A program made the position numbers and the translations under genes. A DNA stretch of 32,000 bases from Caldivirga maquilingensis IC-167 (GTDB lineage Archaea; Thermoproteota; Thermoprotei; Thermoproteales; Thermocladiaceae), in the NCBI RefSeq assembly GCF_000018305.1, contig NC_009954.1, positions 840,001-872,000 of the forward strand, in the 5' to 3' direction. This document shows positions 1-7,849 of the stretch, one piece after another; position 1 is the stretch's first letter, and each line of letters opens with the position of its first letter. The notes below the pieces were generated by a model. That model made no database searches and had not been told where the DNA came from. It saw only the letters and a program-made list of their open reading frames with translations.

Positions 1-580
1 CCTCCACGGTCACAAGGCCTAAATGCCTCTCATTAATGATTAACCCTGCATCATATGGTATGTAACCCAAGCTCACTACATCCTTGGGTAGTGAGGATTT
101 ACATGCGTTATAGTGGTTGCTTGAAGCCACATTATTGAAGATGACCCCAACCACGTTAACAGGTCCATAATCCCTTAAACCCTTAACAATTGCCCCGGCT
201 GTATAGGATATGTTGGAGCAGTCTATTACTAGGATAACTGGTAATGAGAGTAATTTAGCAACATGAAATGTACTCGACCCAACCTCAACACCATCATATA
301 ATCCCATTACACCCTCAATCAACCCTAAATCAACCCCCCTCATGTATCTGCAGAAGGTTTCTTTAAGCTTCTCCTCACCCATTAACCATAAATCAAGGTT
401 AATTGAGGGTAATTCAGTGGCTACTTTATGGTAACCTGGATCAATGTAATCTGGCCCAACCTTAAACGCCCTAACCTTAAGTTTACTTGATAATGCTGCT
501 GCTATTATTGATGTAACCGTGGTCTTTCCTGATCCACTCCTATCCGATGCTATTAATAACGCCCTGCCAGTGGGCATCAT
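1..580 (-). CDS. cbiA: Cobyrinic acid a,c-diamide synthase (CbiA/CobB), N-terminal part; the C-terminus lies outside the window
   Basis: My own translation of the minus strand from the ATG at 580..578: MMPTGRALLIASDRSGSGKTTVTSIIAAALSSKLKVRAFKVGPDYIDPGYHKVATELPSINLDLWLMG.... It has a P-loop (SGSGKTT) and the KVGPDYIDP signature typical of CbiA. The frame stays open to the window edge. It is absent from the supplied ORF track, presumably because it is truncated. Confidence 0.8.
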   Translation of the reverse strand, partial: MMPTGRALLIASDRSGSGKTTVTSIIAAALSSKLKVRAFKVGPDYIDPGYHKVATELPSINLDLWLMGEEKLKETFCRYMRGVDLGLIEGVMGLYDGVEVGSSTFHVAKLLSLPVILVIDCSNISYTAGAIVKGLRDYGPVNVVGVIFNNVASSNHYNACKSSLPKDVVSLGYIPYDAGLIINERHLGLVTVE

Positions 581-613
581 TACCGGTTAAGGTGAGGATT
601 ATTAATAAGCTTC

Positions 614-1423
614 TCAGGAGGGATTAATACCCTTAATATACTTAATTACTTCACTAGCACTTGGTTCATTAAAGTCACCTAGCCATAGTTTATCAGCAGC
701 CAGGGCTTGCCTAACCAGTATTTCAACACCATCAATAACTTGAATACCTAGCTCCCTAGCCCTCTTGATTAAGTCTGTTTCAGTATTGGGTTTATAAGCC
801 ATGTCAAGGAGCAGCATAGTCCCCAGCTCACCTAGGTTAAGTAACCAATACTCCTCACTGCTCAGTGGGGTGGCGTTAATAATAACGTGGGGTTTACCAT
901 AATTCCCACCAATATCCACCACACTGCAGTCTAAGCCTAATCCATTGGCTAATCCACATAACTCCACTGCCCTCTCCCTACTTCTATTAAGTACTTTAAT
1001 TGCCCTGCACCCAGTTTTCGATAAAGCCAGAACCACAGCCCTAGCAGCTCCCCCAGCACCAATTAGTAATGCTTCCTCACCCTTATATCCTCTTTCAATT
1101 AAAGATTCCTCAACAGCCACATAGTCGGTATTATAGCCTATTAATTTCTGGTTACTGTTAACAACAGTGTTCACGCTCTTAATAGTGTCTGCATCATCAT
1201 TAAGTTCATCAATTAGTTTAGCCACTGCAACCTTATGCGGTATAGTTACGTTGAATCCGCTTAAGGCATCCCTTGAGAACTCAATGAAGTGTAGTAATCT
1301 CTTCGACGCTACCCTTAATGGTACATACGCTGCATCAATTCTTAGTCTCTTGAAGACGTAGTTATGAATCTGAGGTGATAGGGTATAGTTCAGTGGATAA
1401 CCTATTAAGCCAAATACATGCAT
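614..1423 (-). CDS. aroE: Shikimate 5-dehydrogenase
   Basis: 269 aa. N-terminal GLIGYPLNYTLSPQIHN, NVTIPHK, GYNTDY and the NADP-binding GAGGAARAV motif. It is the last gene of the aro cluster. A GGTGAAGGAG Shine-Dalgarno-like element lies just upstream at 1426..1435. Confidence 0.9.
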   Translation of the reverse strand: MHVFGLIGYPLNYTLSPQIHNYVFKRLRIDAAYVPLRVASKRLLHFIEFSRDALSGFNVTIPHKVAVAKLIDELNDDADTIKSVNTVVNSNQKLIGYNTDYVAVEESLIERGYKGEEALLIGAGGAARAVVLALSKTGCRAIKVLNRSRERAVELCGLANGLGLDCSVVDIGGNYGKPHVIINATPLSSEEYWLLNLGELGTMLLLDMAYKPNTETDLIKRARELGIQVIDGVEILVRQALAADKLWLGDFNEPSASEVIKYIKGINPS

Positions 1424-2457
1424 GACTCCTTCACCAGCCTAAGGTACTCATCAACCTTAACCCTAACCTTAACCCAATCACCTAATTCAGTAACAATGGG
1501 TAAGTTAAGGAAGCCACCGTTTCTCTTCTTATCACCGGTAATGGCTCTTAATGCGGAATCAGCGTTAACCTTAATGCTTTGAATCAAGTTAAGTTCACTT
1601 AGTGATTCAGTTAAGTAACCGGGTATATCTGGGTTCGTGTAACCTAATTTAACCCCAATGGTTGATTCACAAATCATGCCTAACCCCACTGCTTTACCGT
1701 GACTGATGCTGAATCCTGACGCTGACTCTAATGCGTGTCCAATAGTATGCCCATAGTTAAGCACTATTCTTATACCTAGGGTATCGTACTCATCAGCCTC
1801 AACCACATGAGCCTTATTAACCAGTGAACCGTAGATTAAATCCTCCAGTAATCCCTCATCCCTATTCATCACCTTATCAACATTACTGCTTAACTTATCG
1901 AATAACCCCTTATCCATAGTTACCCCATACTTAAGAACCTCAGCGAAACCATCCAGGTAATTTGAGGCTGGTAGGGATTTAATGAAGGCTAAATCCACTA
2001 TGATTTCACTGGGCTGCTTCACTACACCAATAATATTCTTTAAACCAGCGGCATTAACCCCTGTTTTTCCCCCCAGGGCTGCATCAACCATGGCTAATGT
2101 AGTGGTGGGTACATTAACGTAATCCACACCCCTCATGTACACTGCTGCAGCAAACCCAGTTACATCAAGTGTGCTTCCACCCCCAATCCCAATCATAACC
2201 CCGCTCCTATCCAGGGAATTATCCATTGATTGCTTAATAATGTTTAAGACTGTTTCAATGCCCTTACCCTCTTCCCCATCCTTAATAATAATCCTTGGGC
2301 ATTTACTGAAATTCACTAAACTGCTTACGGAGGATGGTGTAATTATCATGCAGCTAGTGTACTTATCAAGGAGTTTACTTAACTCATCGGCATGCGGGTA
2401 ATTAACCAGAACCCTTACCTCACCACTACACCTACTCCTATAAGTGAAGCTCCTCAT
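1405..2457 (-). CDS. aroB: 3-dehydroquinate synthase
   Basis: 350 aa. GIGGGSTLDVTGFAAA, NVPTTTLAMVDAALGGKTGVN and the metal-binding HTIGHALE/HGKAV motifs. Its start overlaps the upstream stop (ATGA). Its 3' end overlaps aroE by 19 nt. Confidence 0.9.
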   Translation of the reverse strand: MRSFTYRSRCSGEVRVLVNYPHADELSKLLDKYTSCMIITPSSVSSLVNFSKCPRIIIKDGEEGKGIETVLNIIKQSMDNSLDRSGVMIGIGGGSTLDVTGFAAAVYMRGVDYVNVPTTTLAMVDAALGGKTGVNAAGLKNIIGVVKQPSEIIVDLAFIKSLPASNYLDGFAEVLKYGVTMDKGLFDKLSSNVDKVMNRDEGLLEDLIYGSLVNKAHVVEADEYDTLGIRIVLNYGHTIGHALESASGFSISHGKAVGLGMICESTIGVKLGYTNPDIPGYLTESLSELNLIQSIKVNADSALRAITGDKKRNGGFLNLPIVTELGDWVKVRVKVDEYLRLVKESCMYLA

Positions 2458-3449
2458 ATACCCCTACCTATTGCCTGGGCTACTGCCTTAGCCTTACTCA
2501 TTAATTCATTAAACATATCGAAGGTTAATTGCTGCTCGGAGTCTGATAAAGCCTCCCACGGCCTTGGGTGAACCTCAACAATAATCATATCTGCCCCAGC
2601 TGCCACTGCGGCTAAGGCCAGTGGAATAACGTACTCCCTCTTACCGGCTGGGTGTGATGGATCCACGCATATTGGTAAGTGGGTTAATTTCTTAGCCGCC
2701 ACCACTGCACCTAAGTCCAGCGTGAATCTCGTGGCGTTCTCAAAGGTCCTTATCCCTCTTTCACAAAGCACTACGTTACCATTACCCTCAAGCATGATGT
2801 ATTCCGCTGCCTGAAGCCACTCCTCAACCGTGTTTCCCATACCCCTCTTGAGTAGTATTGGTTTCCCAGTCTTACCAGCCTCTTTAAGTAGGTCAAAATT
2901 CTGGGCATTCCTAGCCCCTATCTGAATCATGTCAACGTAACTGGCCACCACCTCAACCATCCTAGTATCCATAACCTCAGAGACTACGGGTAAACCAACC
3001 TCATCTGAGACTCGCCTCAGTATCTTTAAGCCATCTACTCCAAGTCCCTGGAAACTGTAGGGACTTGTCCTAGGTTTAAACGCCCCACCCCTCAGTAGTC
3101 TTGCTCCAGCCCCCTTAACTGCCTCGGCAGTCTCCTTAACCTGCTCATAACTCTCCACTGCACATGGCCCAGCTGCAACCACTAAATCATCACCCCCTAT
3201 CTTAACCCCTGAAACATCCACAATGCTCCTCTGCCTCCATTGCTTACTGGCTAACTGGTACTTGGCCTTAACGTTAACTAGTACTGCCCCAGGGTCAATC
3301 ACTCTAATGGCTCCCTCATCAACAGGGTCTTCAGGCCAAGTCACTATTAACTCCTCACCAAGCAGCTTAACCTCCCTGAACCTTACCTTAGCCTTATCTA
3401 GAGCTGATGCAACTTCATTAATCTTACCTGGCGTTACCCTTATTATCAC
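2454..3449 (-). CDS. 3-deoxy-7-phosphoheptulonate (DAHP) synthase, type I-beta, with an N-terminal extension of about 75 aa
   Basis: 331 aa. AGPCAVES, GGAFKPRTSPYSFQGLG, IQIGARNAQN and DPSH motifs of the KDO8PS-like DAHPS subfamily. GTG start at 3449 within a GTGA overlap with the upstream stop. A perfect GGAGGTGA SD precedes it. Confidence 0.85.
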   Translation of the reverse strand: MIIRVTPGKINEVASALDKAKVRFREVKLLGEELIVTWPEDPVDEGAIRVIDPGAVLVNVKAKYQLASKQWRQRSIVDVSGVKIGGDDLVVAAGPCAVESYEQVKETAEAVKGAGARLLRGGAFKPRTSPYSFQGLGVDGLKILRRVSDEVGLPVVSEVMDTRMVEVVASYVDMIQIGARNAQNFDLLKEAGKTGKPILLKRGMGNTVEEWLQAAEYIMLEGNGNVVLCERGIRTFENATRFTLDLGAVVAAKKLTHLPICVDPSHPAGKREYVIPLALAAVAAGADMIIVEVHPRPWEALSDSEQQLTFDMFNELMSKAKAVAQAIGRGI

Positions 3450-4447
3450 TTTAAGTCACCTCCAATTAACTCACTTAATTTACCTTCAGCTGCTGCTGAA
3501 TTAACAATGTTAATGTACTTGGTAATCTTATCCCTAACTTCACTGGCGTATGGATTCATTTCCTGAATCTCCTCAACAACATCAAGCTGCTCCAGGGTTC
3601 TTTCAATAGCCTTCATGGTTAACCTCAAGCTGTGGGTCATAAGTAGGTTTGCATCAATCCCACCTACTTTACCAGCATCCTTAAGCATGGTATAGAGGGC
3701 TAGTAGCATTAAATGGTGGGCAACCTGTATGTAAGCCATTACCTTATCATGAGTATCAGGATCACTTAACACCACTGTTCTTAAGCCTGCTGCCTCAAAT
3801 ATCTGAGTAGCCATTGGTAGTGAATCCCTACTTGTTAATGATGGTATTAGGACTACTACTTCACCCCAAGTATCCGTTAGGCTACCGAACAATGGGTGTA
3901 TGCTCAGGTACTTGAAGCCTACTTCCCTTGACTCATCCTCAATGATGTTGAATAACCTTGACTTAACCGAGAAGGAATCCATGAGCACCCTACCCCTTAT
4001 GCTCTCACTATTCCTCTTAATGTAGTTAATGGAGTCCTCAGTGGGTCTTGTGGCAAGTATTACTATGTCTGAGTCAGGTAATTCATCCCTCATGCTAATT
4101 AAGGTTGTTGGAGTGACTTGGCTTAAAGCCCTCTTAAGCGTCTTACCTAATCTCCCTGAACCCACTATAGTGACTTTAACGTTAAACCAATTCCTAATCT
4201 GCCTCTTGGTGGATGCCTTTATCACTAGCTCAGCAATGCTTCTGGCTGTTAATTCATCTAAACCAGCCTCAACTAAGCCACTGACCCATCTATCAATAAC
4301 TTCACTCTCCCTCTCATGATCCACGGGTGGTAGATTAAGCTTCCTCTTAACATCACCTATGGTTTCGGCTATGGTTAGCCTCCTGGCGAGTAACTTAATT
4401 ATTTCATCATCAACCTCATCAATACTCTTCCTCAACTGCCACAGCAT
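3446..4447 (-). CDS. tyrA: Bifunctional chorismate mutase (AroQ) / prephenate dehydrogenase (TyrA-like)
   Basis: 333 aa. The N-terminal ~90 aa are helical and CM-like (LRKSIDEVDDEIIKLLARRLTIAETIGDVKR...). A Rossmann fold follows (VTIVGSGRLGK), then a PDH-like core with HPLFG. Confidence 0.8.
   Translation of the reverse strand: MLWQLRKSIDEVDDEIIKLLARRLTIAETIGDVKRKLNLPPVDHERESEVIDRWVSGLVEAGLDELTARSIAELVIKASTKRQIRNWFNVKVTIVGSGRLGKTLKRALSQVTPTTLISMRDELPDSDIVILATRPTEDSINYIKRNSESIRGRVLMDSFSVKSRLFNIIEDESREVGFKYLSIHPLFGSLTDTWGEVVVLIPSLTSRDSLPMATQIFEAAGLRTVVLSDPDTHDKVMAYIQVAHHLMLLALYTMLKDAGKVGGIDANLLMTHSLRLTMKAIERTLEQLDVVEEIQEMNPYASEVRDKITKYINIVNSAAAEGKLSELIGGDLK
3456..3463 (-). promoter_or_regulatory. 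Shine-Dalgarno element GGAGGTGA upstream of the DAHP synthase GTG
   Basis: The minus strand reads GGAGGTGACTTAAAGTGATAA. The SD lies inside the last codons of tyrA, and the tyrA TGA overlaps the GTG start (GTGA). The element is complementary to the conserved archaeal 16S 3' end (...UCACCUCC...). Confidence 0.6.
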
Positions 4448-4449
4448 TA

Positions 4450-6228
4450 TTACTCACCCTTAATTAGCGTGAGAGCCTCATTAACAATCCTCCTATGTGT
4501 TAAACCAATGTACTCCATTAACTGCCTGGTTGATCTACCTGACCTACCAAACCCATTAATCCCAATCATCCTAATTGGCACAGGGTAATTTTGGGAAAGC
4601 ACCTCAGCTACCGCTGAACCAACCCCACCATGTGTTGAATGCTCCTCAATAGTCAATACCGCCCCAGTTCTCTTAGCTGCCTTAACCACAGTGTCAACGT
4701 CAATGGGTTTAATCGTGCTTAGGTTAATGACCATTACCGATACCCCCATTTTACCTAATTCCTCAGCAGCCATTAAAGCATCCCATAGGACTGGTCCAGC
4801 ACCAATAATTGCTAAATCATCCCCATCCCTAAGCACTGAGGCCTTACCTAGCTTGAATTCATCACCATTAGTTACCCTGGGTCCGTAATCCCTACCAATC
4901 CTGACGTAGGCTGGTCCCTGATGCTCCATTAACGCTAACACAGCTTTACCAGCCTCATTGGGGTCGGCGGGTACTACAATGGTCATGTTTGGTAGAGTCC
5001 TCATTAGTGATATGTCCTCGAAGGTTTGGTGGGAAGCCCCATCAGCGTAATCGCTTAAGCCGGAGTGGGTTCCAATAATCTTAACGTTAAGATTCATCCT
5101 AGATACCGTATTCCTAACCTGTTCCCAAGCCCTCATTATGAACATTGCGAACCCAATGGCCACAGGTCTAAGGCCTGTTAAGGCTAATCCACTGGCTACA
5201 CCAATCATGTGTTGTTCAGCTATACCAACGTCAATGTACCTGTTGGGGAACTTCTCCTTAAACCAAATAGCCCTTGTTGACCCACCTACATCAGCTGTAA
5301 CCACGTATAAGTCATTGTACCTTTCACCCGCCTCAAGGAGAGCCCTGCCGACAGCATCCCTCATTGATCCGAAGCCAGGTTCCCCACCATCATCCAGTAT
5401 CCTCTGTTTACTGGTTCCCTCAATGTCGGAAACCCCCTTCCCCCTAATGGTTCTGGCTACTATAACCTTGGGTCCATTTACCTTATGTGCTTGAATCAGA
5501 GTATCAATCAAGGCCTCTGGGTCATGTCCATCACACTCCAGTACGGTGAATCCCAGTGACTTAAGTGCCTCAGTTAACGTTGATTTAATACCCCTCACTG
5601 GTCCATCTAATTGAACACCATTGTAGTCAATTATTATGAATAAGTTGCTTAACTTAGATTCAGCAATATCCATTAACGCCTCCCAGGCCTGCCCCTCATC
5701 TAATTCACCATCACCCACTATTACGAAAACCTTACCTGAGGCCTCCCTAGCCATTAACCCCCTTGCAATACCCACGGCTGTACTTAACCCCTGCGCTAGA
5801 CTACCTGTGGATACTGGTACTGTTGGTAACTTAACCTCAGGGTGACCCTGCAGTGGGCTCCAGGGTTCATTAATCATCATTAACTCCTCCCTATTAACTA
5901 GGCCTAATTCCGATAACACCACGTATAATGCTGGGGCTGCGTGACCCTTTGATAATATTACGTAATCCCTCCTTAATGGATCATTATCACGTACATTAGT
6001 CATTAAGTATAGTGTAGCTATAATATCTATGCTTGATAGGGATGAGCCCAAGTGAATATGTGGATCTATTAGGCTTAACCCAACCAATATTGAACGGGCC
6101 TTATTACTTATCTCCTTAACCCTATTAACCAGGTTCACCTTAGCCTCTTTTACCATTCCAGGTATTCCACGTGGGTCCCGAATTCCATACCAATCTAAAC
6201 AGCCTATACAATCTATATTTTTAAGCAT
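4450..6228 (-). CDS. tkt: Transketolase with the N- and C-terminal halves fused in one polypeptide
   Basis: 592 aa. SKGHAAPALY, the TPP-binding GDGELDEGQAWEA...DYNG motif, and a C-terminal pyrimidine-binding half (DVGIAEQHMIGVASG). It is the first gene of the aro cluster. The start is ambiguous: Met1 at 6228 or Met25 at 6156. Confidence 0.85.
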   Translation of the reverse strand: MLKNIDCIGCLDWYGIRDPRGIPGMVKEAKVNLVNRVKEISNKARSILVGLSLIDPHIHLGSSLSSIDIIATLYLMTNVRDNDPLRRDYVILSKGHAAPALYVVLSELGLVNREELMMINEPWSPLQGHPEVKLPTVPVSTGSLAQGLSTAVGIARGLMAREASGKVFVIVGDGELDEGQAWEALMDIAESKLSNLFIIIDYNGVQLDGPVRGIKSTLTEALKSLGFTVLECDGHDPEALIDTLIQAHKVNGPKVIVARTIRGKGVSDIEGTSKQRILDDGGEPGFGSMRDAVGRALLEAGERYNDLYVVTADVGGSTRAIWFKEKFPNRYIDVGIAEQHMIGVASGLALTGLRPVAIGFAMFIMRAWEQVRNTVSRMNLNVKIIGTHSGLSDYADGASHQTFEDISLMRTLPNMTIVVPADPNEAGKAVLALMEHQGPAYVRIGRDYGPRVTNGDEFKLGKASVLRDGDDLAIIGAGPVLWDALMAAEELGKMGVSVMVINLSTIKPIDVDTVVKAAKRTGAVLTIEEHSTHGGVGSAVAEVLSQNYPVPIRMIGINGFGRSGRSTRQLMEYIGLTHRRIVNEALTLIKGE

Positions 6229-6400
6229 TACCCATAATTTAATAATTTATAGTTAACTGAGGTGCATCATGAGTAATCAGTAGGGTTACTCAGGATTCAC
6301 TTCATTAATCTAAAAATGAGGCTTAATAATTAAATCGCTCATTATTTAAGGTGAATCAATTACGCAAATGTAAATAACCCCCTTCACCGAATAGTAGTTA

Positions 6401-7654
6401 ATGGGTAACAACGTGCTTGTGACTCATCGTTACTGGGGATCACCAGGAGGTGGTCAATTAGTCTGTGCCTCAGCTGCCTTCTCGCTTGATAAACTGGGAT
6501 TTAACCCAGTGTTAACCGGTACATTTAAGTTTAATCCAAGCAAGTACATTGACTGGTATGGTATCGACATATCCAAGTACCCTGTGGTGACACTACCCCT
6601 CGGTAATATTAAGGCCTTTGGCCTATGGACAAGGTTATTCGTATGGTACCCTGCGGTTAAGGCGATTAATAAGTACCGTGCCCTACTAATGTTCACTGAT
6701 GAGGAGACCTATAAACCATTAATTAACTATAGGGGGAGGGGATTAAGCATAATCGAGTACATTCACTTCCCCTTCGAGGTAATAATTAACCCTAAATTTA
6801 AGGGAACTGGGTTAGCTTACGGTGAGGATCCATACGTCACTGAGAGGTATGGTAGGTTCCCAATGAATCTTTACTGGGGATTATTCACAAGGCTGCTTCC
6901 GCACTACATTAGGGAGAACCCGTTCAATGATGCTGACGTGGTTTTAACGAACTCCAAGTGGACCGCTGGAGTGGCTAAGATGGTTTACGGTGAGGAACCC
7001 ACTGTACTTAACCCACCCATAGCCCCTAATACTGAGATAGTTGAGGAACCTAAGGCATTTGATGAAAGGGATAATTGGGTCATTATGCTTGGTAGGTTCA
7101 GTGAGGAGAAGAGGTACCACTGGGTTGTCACTGAGCTTGCCCCAAGGCTCCTTAAAGAGGTTAAGGCCACTAGAATAATCATATTTGGTGGAGCCACCAC
7201 TAGAACGCAGTTAACGTACATGAGTAGGGTCATGGATTTGGCGGGTAAGGCTGGTTTAAGGGTTTCAAGTGATATTAGTAAGGACGCTGACCTATACCTG
7301 GTGCCTAATGCACCTAGGAGGTTGATAAATGAATTAATGGATTCAGGTAAGGTTTTCCTCCACGCAACAATAAATGAACACTGGGGCATAGCGGTGGCTG
7401 AGGCTATGGCAAGGGGATTACCTACAGTTGTCCATAAGTCAGGGGGTACTTGGAGTGACTTAATTGAGAATGGTGTGAGGGGGCTAGGGTACAGTGATGT
7501 TGATGAAGCCATTAACGCAGTGGCGAAACTAATCACTGACGGTAAGGCTTGGAGCCACTACTCATCGGCATCAGTAAGTAAGGCTAAGGATATGACTCTG
7601 CAGGCCTTCATGAGTAAGTTCAGTGAAATACTCAGGAAGGAGGACTTAATTTAA
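6401..7654 (+). CDS. Glycosyltransferase, group 1 (GT4-like)
   Basis: 417 aa. The C-terminal half has the GT-B retaining-transferase pattern (RFSEEKR..., EHWGIAVAEAMARGLPTVVHKSGG). Transcribed divergently from the aro cluster. Confidence 0.75.
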   Translation: MGNNVLVTHRYWGSPGGGQLVCASAAFSLDKLGFNPVLTGTFKFNPSKYIDWYGIDISKYPVVTLPLGNIKAFGLWTRLFVWYPAVKAINKYRALLMFTDEETYKPLINYRGRGLSIIEYIHFPFEVIINPKFKGTGLAYGEDPYVTERYGRFPMNLYWGLFTRLLPHYIRENPFNDADVVLTNSKWTAGVAKMVYGEEPTVLNPPIAPNTEIVEEPKAFDERDNWVIMLGRFSEEKRYHWVVTELAPRLLKEVKATRIIIFGGATTRTQLTYMSRVMDLAGKAGLRVSSDISKDADLYLVPNAPRRLINELMDSGKVFLHATINEHWGIAVAEAMARGLPTVVHKSGGTWSDLIENGVRGLGYSDVDEAINAVAKLITDGKAWSHYSSASVSKAKDMTLQAFMSKFSEILRKEDLI

Positions 7655-7811
7655 GGAGGGTAGTGTCGTTTACGGAATCAACCCAAGTATACTCATGCCA
7701 CAGGGACAGTAAGGCTTATTAACTTACCTAAGCCTAAGCAATGAAAGCCCCAGCCCCTTCCTAAAGGCGGCCTTCCATGCGGGTCATGGTGCGTTGTTTT
7801 TCAGGGAACGC

Positions 7812-7820
7812 TTTTTAAAT
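7812..7820 (+). promoter_or_regulatory. TATA-box-like element (TTTTTAAAT) about 30 nt upstream of the rgy start codon
   Basis: An AT-rich box in an otherwise GC-richer spacer. The spacing fits a leaderless or near-leaderless archaeal mRNA starting near 7845..7850. Confidence 0.45.
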
Positions 7821-7849
7821 CCCCAGCATTACCTTAAGATTGAATTGGG

